Assembly (NCBI GenBank): GCA_964396315.1 | Contig: CAYNES010000001.1 | Span: 1-48,355 of the forward strand | DNA length: 48,355 bases | Direction of reading: 5' to 3' | Source: an uncultured Piscirickettsiaceae bacterium | Lineage (GTDB): Bacteria > Pseudomonadota > Gammaproteobacteria > PS1 > Pseudothioglobaceae | Shown: positions 1 to 11,485 of the stretch, piece after piece | Position numbering within the stretch: the first letter of the stretch is position 1 | How the letters are laid out: every line of letters starts with the position of its first letter | Translations under genes and position numbers: made by a program | Notes under the pieces: generated by a model | What the model was told of the DNA's origin: nothing | What the model saw: only the letters and a program-made list of their open reading frames with translations | Database searches by the model: none

Positions 1-54
1 GGCTGTCATCAAACTCTAGGCTGTCATCAAACTCTAGGCTGTCATCAAACTCTA
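1..54. repeat. 18-bp perfect tandem repeat (GGCTGTCATCAAACTCTA) x3, encoding LEFDDS in the transporter
   Basis: Seen directly; in frame with the minus-strand CDS; may continue beyond the window edge. Confidence 0.95.
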
Positions 55-619
55 GTCCTGCTGTCTCTTGAGGAAGGCCAGAACTAGAATAAGTTTCGGT
101 ATCAATCGTCACTGTAGTCATTGTAAAGTCTTCGCTGTAGAGCGAGTTTTCATACAAACTATTATTGGTAACCGTTTCTTTTAGCCTAATAAGATCGTCT
201 TTGTTTTGAGGGAGGCTGTCAATTAGGGGCTCAACAATTAGTTCGCCCTCAACTCCATACGTGTTTCTTGCGTTAATCAAGGAGTCAACAGCCTTAATAT
301 TTGGCAGCTCACTCTCTAAAGCATGATGAAAACTATCGAGCTTTTCTAAAAAACCAATATCAAAAATATTTTTGGTTTTTACAGCAATCATGAGCTTTTC
401 ATCACGACCAAACTGGTCTCTAAAAACATCGTACTCAACCCTCATTGGGTCTGTTTTATGTAAAAAACCTTCAGTGGTTGTGTCTATCTTTAGAGACGGC
501 AGTTGCGATCCAATTGCGACCACTAGAAGAAAGACAGTAGCAATAGTTTTTTTAGCATTATCGAAAAGCCAATCAGAAAATTCCTCTAATTTATTTTCGA
601 TTCTTGTGCGCCAATTCAT
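1..619 (-). CDS. MMPL/RND-family transporter, N-terminal part (runs off window start)
   Basis: Not in the ORF track. Hand translation from ATG at 619: MNWRTRIENKLEEFSDWLFDNAKKTIATVFLLVVAIGSQLPSLKIDTTTEGFLHKTDPMRVEYDVFRDQFGRDEKLMIAV..., i.e. a TM helix then 'D...FL...DP....Y..F...FG', typical of MMPL/HAE3 RND proteins. The same frame reads sensibly down to base 1. Confidence 0.85.
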   Translation of the reverse strand, partial: MNWRTRIENKLEEFSDWLFDNAKKTIATVFLLVVAIGSQLPSLKIDTTTEGFLHKTDPMRVEYDVFRDQFGRDEKLMIAVKTKNIFDIGFLEKLDSFHHALESELPNIKAVDSLINARNTYGVEGELIVEPLIDSLPQNKDDLIRLKETVTNNSLYENSLYSEDFTMTTVTIDTETYSSSGLPQETAGLEFDDSLEFDDSLEFDDS

Positions 620-759
620 ATTTATGGAATGATTTCAAAGTTGGATGATAGTTACAGCTTAAAGTACATCAAGCTCAGACATTATATTGAACTAAAAAAC
701 TATTTGTTCAAAACACAAGCAAAAAAATTTATATTGCTCTACTAACAAGCCCTATTTTC

Positions 760-1668
760 TTACAAAGGCTCTATCAACTTTTCTTTGTCTTCTGCCTGAC
801 CATCATTATTTTTCATAACGCGCCAAGACACAAAGAGGCCGCTTCCGATGATGACAAATAGGCCAATAACCGCCTGTAGGTTAGGAATATAACCAAAAAC
901 GATATAGCTTAAAGTAATAGCCCCTACAATTTCAAAATAATTAAAAGGGCTAAGCTCAGAGGCGCTTGCAAACTCAAAAGCTTTAATGATCATAAAATGA
1001 GACGCAGCAGCAAAAAATCCCATGGCCGCGCCAAGTAAAACGCCCTTCATATCAGGAGCAGTCCACGAAAAGAAAGCTAGCGGCAACATAATCAAAATAC
1101 CAACAGCAGCAGAGTAAAAAAGAGTGAGAACAGGCGGCGCCCTAAAGGAAAGTTTTTTTGTAAAAATTATATAGAGCGCATAACAAACCCCTGAAACAAC
1201 TGCCAGCAAAAGGCTTGGCTTGAACTCCTCTCCTGTGGGCTGTAACACAACCACAACACCTATAAACCCAACCACAACGCCTACCCCAATAAATGAATCA
1301 AATCGCTCTCCTAGCATCGCTGGTGATAGAACAGCAACCACTAGAGGAGAAATAAAAAGAAGTGTAAGGGCGTTAGGAATAGGGTTAGATTTAATGGCTG
1401 CGAAGAAGAATAGGGTTGCCAGGGTTAACATCAGCCCTCTCATAAATTGAAGGCCTATACTTTCTGGAACCCTTTTCCATTGAACTTGCTGCCATAAGAT
1501 TATGGGTATTAGCCAACAAGCATGAAAGAAAAATCGTGTCCAAGTGACCTGCATCACCGAATAATCCTCACTCAGGAGCTTTGCAAAGACATCTAAAAAG
1601 GGCACAGTGCTCATGCCTAAAAGCATCAGGCCTATCCCCTTAAGGACAGTTTTGTTCAGAAAGTTCAT
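760..1668 (-). CDS. DMT (EamA) family transporter
   Basis: 302 aa, about 10 hydrophobic segments, two EamA-like repeats (SPLVVAVLSPAMLGE; ASELSPFNY). Confidence 0.9.
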   Translation of the reverse strand: MNFLNKTVLKGIGLMLLGMSTVPFLDVFAKLLSEDYSVMQVTWTRFFFHACWLIPIILWQQVQWKRVPESIGLQFMRGLMLTLATLFFFAAIKSNPIPNALTLLFISPLVVAVLSPAMLGERFDSFIGVGVVVGFIGVVVVLQPTGEEFKPSLLLAVVSGVCYALYIIFTKKLSFRAPPVLTLFYSAAVGILIMLPLAFFSWTAPDMKGVLLGAAMGFFAAASHFMIIKAFEFASASELSPFNYFEIVGAITLSYIVFGYIPNLQAVIGLFVIIGSGLFVSWRVMKNNDGQAEDKEKLIEPL

Positions 1669-1734
1669 AGAATAGAGAGTAAGAAACTATGCTGATTGTA
1701 CAATAACAAACAGAGTAAATAAGTATAAATTAAG

Positions 1735-1819
1735 TGGTGCCGTCGGACGGAGTCGAACCGTCACAGCTTGCGCTACAGCCCCCTCAAGGCTGCGTGTCTA
1801 CCAATTTCACCACGACGGC
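1735..1819 (-). tRNA. tRNA-Leu (GAG)
   Basis: Reverse complement GCCGTCGTGGTGAAATTGGTAGACACG CAGCC-TTGAGGG-GGCTG ... GGTTCGACTCC GTCCGACGGCACCA; long variable arm, encoded CCA; usual position after secG. Confidence 0.97.
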
Positions 1820-1824
1820 TTAAG

Positions 1825-2154
1825 CTAGTTGCTAGGAATTTCGCTTGTGTCTGAACCGAGGTCCTCATCACTGATAACGCTTTGAGTCATAATGCTTTGT
1901 TCAGGATTTGTAGTTGCCCTCTCGTTTGAGGCAAAGTAGGCTAGACTGATGCTGGTTACAAAAAAACCAATGGCTAGAACTGCAGTTAGCTTATATAAAA
2001 AAGAGTGTGCTCCTCTTGCCCCAAAAACTGAGCCTGCAGCACCAGAACCAAATGCGGCTCCAGCATCAGCGCCTTTACCATGCTGGATAAGAATCAGCCC
2101 AACTAGACCAAGAGCCAACAATACATGAATAACTAAAATAATTTGAAACGTCAT
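1825..2154 (-). CDS. secG: preprotein translocase subunit SecG
   Basis: LILIQHGKGADAGAAFGSGA motif; tpiA-secG-tRNA-Leu synteny. Confidence 0.97.
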   Translation of the reverse strand: MTFQIILVIHVLLALGLVGLILIQHGKGADAGAAFGSGAAGSVFGARGAHSFLYKLTAVLAIGFFVTSISLAYFASNERATTNPEQSIMTQSVISDEDLGSDTSEIPSN

Positions 2155-2155
2155 A

Positions 2156-2902
2156 TTAACCTGCCTTACATATTTGTAAAAAATCGTCTGCCTTCAGTGC
2201 GGCGCCACCAATGAGCCCGCCGTCAATATCTGAACAAGAAATTAGATCTGCCGCATTGCCAGCATTCATGCTTCCACCATATAGTATAGGTGTTTTTTGA
2301 GCAATTCCATCATTACTGCCAGCTAAAAGGTTTCTTATAAACAAGTGAACGGACTGAGCCTGTTCAGGTGTGGCTGTCAAGCCTGTTCCAATCGCCCATA
2401 CTGGTTCATATGCAACAATGATGCCATCAAAGGCGTCTATTCCAAGAAGATTGATCACCGCATTAATTTGCTCTGCAACAACAGCCTCAGTATTTCCTGA
2501 CTCTCTTTCTTCGAGCGACTCTCCAACACAAAGAAGAGGGGTTAGGCCAGCATCAAGTGCAGCCTTTGTTTTTTCTGCAACAACAGTGCTTGTTTCGCCA
2601 TAGAGACTTCTTCTCTCTGAGTGGCCAACAATAACGTGTTGAGCACCAAAGTCCTTAATCATGTCAGCACTAACTTCTCCTGTAAATGCCCCCTTTGGGT
2701 TTACATTGAGATTTTGCGCACCAAGCATTAGACTAGACCCACTAATCAAAGACTCAACTTGGGAAAGGTATGGAAATGGAGCGCACACTATGACTTGAGA
2801 GGCAACTCCGCTCATGCCGGAGAGAATGCCCTCAATGAGTTTATTAACGGACTCTTTGCTCGCATTCATCTTCCAGTTTCCAGCAACTATCGTTTTTCGC
2901 AT
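2156..2902 (-). CDS. tpiA: triosephosphate isomerase
   Basis: AGNWKMN, GHSERR, AYEPVWAIGTG, YGGS motifs. Confidence 0.99.
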   Translation of the reverse strand: MRKTIVAGNWKMNASKESVNKLIEGILSGMSGVASQVIVCAPFPYLSQVESLISGSSLMLGAQNLNVNPKGAFTGEVSADMIKDFGAQHVIVGHSERRSLYGETSTVVAEKTKAALDAGLTPLLCVGESLEERESGNTEAVVAEQINAVINLLGIDAFDGIIVAYEPVWAIGTGLTATPEQAQSVHLFIRNLLAGSNDGIAQKTPILYGGSMNAGNAADLISCSDIDGGLIGGAALKADDFLQICKAG

Positions 2903-2980
2903 ACCATTTGGCCTTTATAAAAAGATGGCAATGTTACTCTAAAACATCTAGAAAATCAATTAAGAAAAGGCTTTTAGGGC

Positions 2981-5044
2981 CTATTTGAGGCTTGGCATCT
3001 CTCTCATAAACATCCCTTTTTGTATGTCTGCTTCATCTGCCTCAAAGTTTTGGGCTGCTAGGTGTCCCAAATAAACTGCATCAGCTATTAAACCGGGAGC
3101 TTCAGCGTCGCCGATAATTTTAAGATTATATTGGGTTTTTCCATCCAAATTGTTTTGTATTAAGCAGTCATAAAGCACCGTATTAGAAATACGCTCAGTC
3201 ACCATTACAATTGACTCACAAGGCACCTGAGTAATTGAGCCTGTATAAGCACACTCTAAGAAAGCAGTCTTGTTATCTATTTTATTGATAGATTGATTAC
3301 ATATTATTTTGACCCCAGAATTAATCAGAGCGCCTTGAACTCTCTTTTGCTCCAGAGTTGAATCTGTCCAAGGAGAAACAACGCTTGCAGGGGTTATAAA
3401 TATAACCTCAATTTTTTTGGCTTTTAGATGGGCTGCAATTACACCGGCCAAGTAGCCTTGCTCATCATCATAAACAACAACTGGGCCATCAATATCTTTA
3501 TAGTTTTGAACAACCTCCTCTGGAGAATATACCTTAATTCTCTCTAAGCCTTGAATGGGGGTTCTTCTACTTCTTCCCACTCCATCTTTTCGCCAACTTG
3601 AGCCAGTAGCTAAAAATATATTTTTGATGCCCAGCTCGTCAATGTGCTCTGGTGTGAGCCTGCTCTTCTTATAAACCTCTATGTTGCTTTTCTGAAGGAT
3701 TTCATGAACCCTATTATCAACAACTCTTTTCCATGTCGAAAGACCTTTTAAGCTCGATTCAAATAAAACTCTTCCACCTAGTTTGTCTTCCGCTTCTACA
3801 AGAATAACTTGGTATCCGCGTCTTGCCAACTGGACTGTGCATTCTAACCCTGAAGGCCCAGAGCCTACGATAAGTGCCTTTTGATCTGTAATCTTAGGCT
3901 TGATGTTTTCTGGATCCCAACCTCTTCTCCACTCCTCTCCCATTGTTGGGTTTTGGGTGCAGCGAATCGGCACTGTAAAATTATCGCTCGAGACACAAAT
4001 ATTACAACCAATACATTCTTTGATTTGATCTGTCTTTTGCTCTTTTATTTTGTTTGGCAAATAAGGGTCTGCAATAGAGGGTCTAGCTGCACCAATAAGG
4101 TCTAAAGAACCTTTTTTAATAAGTTTAACCATAAGGTCTGGAGAGGTCAGCCTACCAACCCCAACTACGGGCTTGGTGGTAATGCTTTTTACAAACTCAA
4201 CATAAGGCATTTGATAGGCCTCTTCTGGCTGAAAGCGAGAAGTTTGAGAGTCGTTGGACCAATCGGAGATATTGACATCCCAAAGGTCTGGGTGCTCTGC
4301 AAGCATCTCAACCACAGCCTGGCCTTCTTCTTGAAACTGCATTCCGTCTTTTCCCTTAAGCTCATCAACAGCAAACCTAAAGGCAATACCACAACTATCG
4401 CCAATGGCCTCTCTTGTTTCTTCTAATAGTTCTCTTGTGAGTCTCAACCTATTTTCTAAGCTTCCCCCATACTCGTCAGAGCGATTGTTCATATTGGGCA
4501 ATATAAATTGCTGCGCCACCGACATTCCATGGCCAGCATAAACATAAACAATATCAAAACCAGCTGCTTTTGCATTTAATGCAGCCTGTTTGTGCCAAGA
4601 CCTGAAGTCTATAATATCTCTTTTGGTCATTCTTCTGGCTTGCTTTGGATATAAAAAATTAACTGCTTGTGCGTTAGGAGACATAGCAGGAATTCTTGAA
4701 AAAAGGTTGGTTGAGTTGTGGCCACTATGAGTCAATTCAATTGCTGCTAAAGCCCCATGCTCATGCACAGCATCTGTCATTAACTGCAGTGCGGGGATGT
4801 CTTTTTTATCCCAAATTCTCTGTTCAGCATAAGGAGCCAAGTCCGAGCTTGGATGAATTTCTGCCTCTTCAGTACTAACAACGCCCCAGCCGCCTTTGGC
4901 CTTGACGCCCCTCATAGCAGCGTGAGCTCTGGGCCTCACATGGCCCATGCCACAACAGTGTGGGACCTGGTAAAACCGATTTTTTGTAACTACTGGGCCA
5001 ATTTGAACTGGCTCAAAAAGTCGGCTATATGGATTCTTGCTCAT
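2981..5044 (-). CDS. histamine/trimethylamine dehydrogenase-family iron-sulfur flavoprotein
   Basis: RFYQVPHC (Cys for 6-S-cysteinyl-FMN), YAGHG, EYGGSLENR, 4Fe-4S motif CIGCNIC-x11-C, GSGPSG ADP-binding motif; 687 aa. Confidence 0.88.
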   Translation of the reverse strand: MSKNPYSRLFEPVQIGPVVTKNRFYQVPHCCGMGHVRPRAHAAMRGVKAKGGWGVVSTEEAEIHPSSDLAPYAEQRIWDKKDIPALQLMTDAVHEHGALAAIELTHSGHNSTNLFSRIPAMSPNAQAVNFLYPKQARRMTKRDIIDFRSWHKQAALNAKAAGFDIVYVYAGHGMSVAQQFILPNMNNRSDEYGGSLENRLRLTRELLEETREAIGDSCGIAFRFAVDELKGKDGMQFQEEGQAVVEMLAEHPDLWDVNISDWSNDSQTSRFQPEEAYQMPYVEFVKSITTKPVVGVGRLTSPDLMVKLIKKGSLDLIGAARPSIADPYLPNKIKEQKTDQIKECIGCNICVSSDNFTVPIRCTQNPTMGEEWRRGWDPENIKPKITDQKALIVGSGPSGLECTVQLARRGYQVILVEAEDKLGGRVLFESSLKGLSTWKRVVDNRVHEILQKSNIEVYKKSRLTPEHIDELGIKNIFLATGSSWRKDGVGRSRRTPIQGLERIKVYSPEEVVQNYKDIDGPVVVYDDEQGYLAGVIAAHLKAKKIEVIFITPASVVSPWTDSTLEQKRVQGALINSGVKIICNQSINKIDNKTAFLECAYTGSITQVPCESIVMVTERISNTVLYDCLIQNNLDGKTQYNLKIIGDAEAPGLIADAVYLGHLAAQNFEADEADIQKGMFMREMPSLK

Positions 5045-5162
5045 GATTCAGTTATACAATATTAGAGGGATTTAAATCAAGCTATTCTACTCAATGCTTT
5101 AATCAAATTTATCATCATTACAGGTATCATTAGAATTTTAATTCCAAATTTTTTTCTCGCCA

Positions 5163-6476
5163 ATGTCACAGACCTGGACTAAATGTTTAGACTCTCTAAA
5201 AGACTCTCTTCCACTAGGCGAGTATAGTGTGTGGGTTAAGCCTCTGCATGCCTCTGAGAGAAATGAAACCCTATACCTTAACGCCCCAAGTGCCTCCGCG
5301 CTGAAGTATATTCACAACCACAAAAGTCTTGAGTCAGCAATTGTGCTCGCAGTATCAGAACATGATCGCAAGCTAAAGGTTAGGCTTGGAGTGGCTGAGT
5401 CTAGCAAAAAAACTAAGGGTCATACCAAGCATCACACCACGCCGCTTTTTCCTGAATACACTTTCGATAATTTAGTTTTGGGAACAGCCAACCAGGTAGC
5501 CGCACTAGCAAGCAGACAAATTGCTGAAAAAATTGGATCCTCTCCATACAATCCTTTTATTGTTTATGGAGAGTCTGGCTTAGGAAAAACCCACCTTATG
5601 CAGGCTGCAGGTCATCTGGCTTTAGAAAAAAATCCGAGCGCTAAAATTATCTATGTGCCTCTAATGGACTTTGTTAGAAACATCACAACAAGCCTTCGTC
5701 ACAATACCATTGAAAACGTAAAGCTTTTTTATCAGTCTGCTGACCTGTTGTTAGTGGACGACATCCATCTTATTGCTGGCAAGGACAAATCTCAAGAAGA
5801 ATTTTTTCATGTTTTTAATTTTTTGTTTAGCACAAAAAAACAAATTATATTTACATGTGACCAACCACCTAAAAATATAAAAGACCTTGAAAACAGGCTA
5901 AAAACAAGGTTTTCACAAGGCCTAAATCTACAGCTCTCCCCTCCTGAATTAGAGATGAGGGCAGCAATATTGCTCAAAAAGTCTCAAAACCCGCAGATTT
6001 CACTAGGGCTCACTGAAGACGTTGCTCTGTTTATTGCAAGCCATGTGGTTTCAAACGTTCGAGATCTTGAGGGGGCCTTGCTAAAACTAAAAGCTTTTGT
6101 TGACTTTTCCCAGATTGACCACTCTCTTATTACTAAAGATGTTGTCGAGGGGGCTCTTGGAGACCTCATCAAACCCAAAAAACTATTTATAGAAGTAAAC
6201 GAGATCCAAAAAACAGTAAGCAAGTATTACGGCATAACAGTATCAGACCTTGTTTCGAACTCGCGTAAACAGCATTTAGTTAAAGCCAGACAAATGGCTA
6301 TTTATTTGTGTCACGAGCTTACCTCTCTTTCTCTGGCTAAAATTGGACAAAACTTTGGTAATCGCGATCACTCTACGGTGCTCTATTCGTGTGAAAAACT
6401 TAAGGCATTAATAGAGGCAAATGAGGAGATTAAAAACGATATAGAAAATATTAAAATTAAAATTACTAACTTATAA
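5163..6476 (+). CDS. dnaA: chromosomal replication initiator DnaA
   Basis: YNPF-YGESGLGKTHL Walker A, LLVDD Walker B, QEEFFH, RDLEGAL, RDHSTV. Confidence 0.99.
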   Translation: MSQTWTKCLDSLKDSLPLGEYSVWVKPLHASERNETLYLNAPSASALKYIHNHKSLESAIVLAVSEHDRKLKVRLGVAESSKKTKGHTKHHTTPLFPEYTFDNLVLGTANQVAALASRQIAEKIGSSPYNPFIVYGESGLGKTHLMQAAGHLALEKNPSAKIIYVPLMDFVRNITTSLRHNTIENVKLFYQSADLLLVDDIHLIAGKDKSQEEFFHVFNFLFSTKKQIIFTCDQPPKNIKDLENRLKTRFSQGLNLQLSPPELEMRAAILLKKSQNPQISLGLTEDVALFIASHVVSNVRDLEGALLKLKAFVDFSQIDHSLITKDVVEGALGDLIKPKKLFIEVNEIQKTVSKYYGITVSDLVSNSRKQHLVKARQMAIYLCHELTSLSLAKIGQNFGNRDHSTVLYSCEKLKALIEANEEIKNDIENIKIKITNL

Positions 6477-6682
6477 ACAAAATAATTATTAGTTGTCTTG
6501 TTAGTAAGAAAGAAAACATTTTATAATTAACTTAGAAACCAACAATTTAAGAATTAATACGCAAAGATACTAACAAAATAATAACAGCCTAGTTTGTTGA
6601 TTTTATTAACTAAAAGCAAGAAACTAACAAGGAAGAGCTAGACTAATAATAACAATAATTATTTTATAAAGAAAGGCAATTT
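6463..6682. promoter_or_regulatory. candidate replication origin (dnaA-dnaN intergenic)
   Basis: Very AT-rich ~205-bp spacer with degenerate 9-mers (TTATAAACA 6471, TTACTAACA rc 6499, AAACCAACA 6536, ATACTAACA 6567, ATAATAACA 6578, AAACTAACA 6621) and an NTA trinucleotide run at 6643-6657; no canonical TTATCCACA. Confidence 0.5.
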
Positions 6683-7786
6683 ATGAACACAGAATTAAGC
6701 GTTGAAGAACTAATAGAACCCTTACAAACTGTAATTGGAGTTGTTGAAAAAAAACAAACACTACCAATCCTTTCTCACGTTTTAATCCAGCTAAGTGAAA
6801 ACACACTAACACTAACAACAACAGATATGGAGCTAGAAATAAGCGCCTCATCAAAAATTAAAAGCGACTCAGAGGTTACCTTTACTATTTATGCTAAAGA
6901 CCTGATAGACATCGTTAGAAAACTTCCAGATAAAACACAAATCAAGTTCAAGATTGAAGAAAACAAAGTTTATTTAAATGCAAACAAAAACACTTTTGAG
7001 CTAAATACATTTAATCATTTAGACTTCCCTGCCCTTCCAAAAACACAAAATACAAGCATTATAAAAGTTAAACAAGTGGCGTTGAAAGAGCTAATTGAGA
7101 ATACAAGTTTCTCTATGGGAAATCAGGACATCAGGGCTTATTTAAACGGTCTTTATTTTGAATTGAACTCAGAATCTCTAACTGTTGTTGCAACTGACGG
7201 TCACCGTCTCTCTATTGGAGAGGTCAGCCAAACCAATAATTTAGATGAAAAAAAGGCTGTCATATTGCCAAGAAAGGCTGTTCTTGAACTAACTAAACTA
7301 CTAAACAAAAGCTCACAGGATGTTGCAGAGATACATTTGTCTGACAATTACTTCTCTTTGATTGATGCAAACACAAAAATCATTAGTCGCTTGATAGACG
7401 GTAATTTTCCCAACTACAAGCAAGTGATGCCAACAGATTTTAGCAACACTATAGTTATTAATAGAGAGGATTTTTTATCCAGCCTTCAACAAGCATCTAT
7501 ATTTGTTGATGAGAGAACCAAGGGGGTTAAGTTAGTTTTTAGGGATGACAGGCTTAGTATTTTTTCTCATTCAGAGAGAGGAAGAGCTGAAACCCAAATT
7601 GAAGTTACAAAACAAGAAAAAGAGCTTGAAATAGCTTTTAATATTCATTACTTAATTTCCGTTTTGGAGAAACTCACTTCGCAGAGCGTCAACATGGTAA
7701 TTCCTGGCGGTGAAAACAAATCTTGTCTTCTTAGCGCCATTGATGATGAAAGTTATCAATACATTATTATGCCAATGAGAATCTAG
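6683..7786 (+). CDS. dnaN: DNA polymerase III beta sliding clamp
   Basis: KQTLPIL, TDMELE, RAYLNG, VATDGHRL, IMPMRI C-terminus. Confidence 0.99.
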   Translation: MNTELSVEELIEPLQTVIGVVEKKQTLPILSHVLIQLSENTLTLTTTDMELEISASSKIKSDSEVTFTIYAKDLIDIVRKLPDKTQIKFKIEENKVYLNANKNTFELNTFNHLDFPALPKTQNTSIIKVKQVALKELIENTSFSMGNQDIRAYLNGLYFELNSESLTVVATDGHRLSIGEVSQTNNLDEKKAVILPRKAVLELTKLLNKSSQDVAEIHLSDNYFSLIDANTKIISRLIDGNFPNYKQVMPTDFSNTIVINREDFLSSLQQASIFVDERTKGVKLVFRDDRLSIFSHSERGRAETQIEVTKQEKELEIAFNIHYLISVLEKLTSQSVNMVIPGGENKSCLLSAIDDESYQYIIMPMRI

Positions 7787-7798
7787 ATATAGAGCCAA

Positions 7799-8893
7799 AT
7801 GGCAATTATCGAAAAGATCCACATCTTAAAATTTAGGAACCTATCAGACCAATATCTTATTCCTGACAACACTGTTAATTTAGTAGTTGGAAAAAACGGA
7901 CAAGGTAAAACAAACTTTATAGAGTCCCTTTACTACCTAGGACATGGTAGATCGTTTAAGACAAAAAACCTCAAAGACATTATTCCTTTTGATGACCAAC
8001 AAATCCAAATATCTGCAATTGTTGATGGAAAGAAAATAAGCCTGAATAAAACTCGAGAAAAAAACCAGGTTTTGGTTGATGGAAAGAAAATTACAAGTAA
8101 TAGTTTTTTAAGCCAACTTCTCCCAATTCAAATAATTTCTCCAGACCGAGGTTTTGTTGTTGGTGGACCTCCAAAACTTAAAAGATCCTATCTTGACTGG
8201 GGAGTTTATCACAATAATGAGAAAACACTCAAGACATATGCTTTGTACAAAAAAACACTGAAAAACATAAATGTTTTGCTAGTCAATAGTGATTATGCTC
8301 AGCTTGATGAATGGCTGAAACGTTTAGCTAGCCTTTCAGTAGAAATAACCAAAGATCGTATTGCTTATATAGACAACCTTGTTTTAATATTAAAAGAAAA
8401 TCTTTCTAAGAAACTGACCAGCCTAGTAGAGCCCCTTTTTAATTTAAATTTTGTGCTCCATACGGGCTGGCCTAAAGAGATAGAGTCTCTCAATGAGAAT
8501 AAAATAAACTCATATTTACTAAACAACAAAAAAACATTCATTAAAGCCAAACATCTAAACTATGGCCCCCACCGAGCGAGTATTGATTTCTCTTTAAACA
8601 ACCAAAGCGAAGGCTATCTTTCAAGGGGAGAACAAAAGAAAACATCTATAGTTTTTTGGATGCTTCAAGTTTTAATGTTGGTTGAAAACGAAAAACACCC
8701 AATTGTCCTTGTCGACGATATTTCTTCTGAACTGGACGAAATAAAAATAAACTCAATACTTGAATTTTTGACTGAAACAAAGGTCCAAATCTTTATAACA
8801 GATATTGGCAATATAAAACTACCTTTAAACGAAAAAAAAACCACTAGTTTTAAAATCGAAAACGGCGCTATTAATAGGTTTTCAGAGCTTTAA
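7799..8893 (+). CDS. recF: DNA replication/repair protein RecF
   Basis: FRNL, GKNGQGKTN Walker A, GRSFK, YGPHR, LSRGEQK, VDDISSELD. Confidence 0.97.
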   Translation: MAIIEKIHILKFRNLSDQYLIPDNTVNLVVGKNGQGKTNFIESLYYLGHGRSFKTKNLKDIIPFDDQQIQISAIVDGKKISLNKTREKNQVLVDGKKITSNSFLSQLLPIQIISPDRGFVVGGPPKLKRSYLDWGVYHNNEKTLKTYALYKKTLKNINVLLVNSDYAQLDEWLKRLASLSVEITKDRIAYIDNLVLILKENLSKKLTSLVEPLFNLNFVLHTGWPKEIESLNENKINSYLLNNKKTFIKAKHLNYGPHRASIDFSLNNQSEGYLSRGEQKKTSIVFWMLQVLMLVENEKHPIVLVDDISSELDEIKINSILEFLTETKVQIFITDIGNIKLPLNEKKTTSFKIENGAINRFSEL

Positions 8894-8951
8894 GTGGTTA
8901 TTCTAAAAACCTTAAAAAATGTGGATGATTTAGTGCCAAAGTTGTTAGTCG

Positions 8952-8960
8952 TGGTATAAT
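8952..8960 (+). promoter_or_regulatory. extended -10 promoter (TGGTATAAT) for gyrB
   Basis: Perfect TGnTATAAT 24 nt upstream of the gyrB ATG. Confidence 0.6.
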
Positions 8961-8972
8961 AAATTAATTTGA

Positions 8973-11372
<2,400 letters not shown>

Positions 11373-11485
11373 CACTTCTAGTGCTTGTAACTTGAATTCA
11401 GTTAATTGGGGCTACGAATTTTATTACTAACAAACAAAACCTGTTTGTAAGATAATTGTTTTAATTACTTACAAATGGTGGGGCT

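Noticed and set aside
1-54. Repeat as CRISPR array or 16S 27F primer concatemer (reverse complement contains AGAGTTTGAT)
   Set aside because: No spacers; only 10 nt match the primer; the unit is in frame in a coherent protein.
372-632. 86-aa plus-strand ORF
   Set aside because: Antisense shadow of the MMPL/RND gene.
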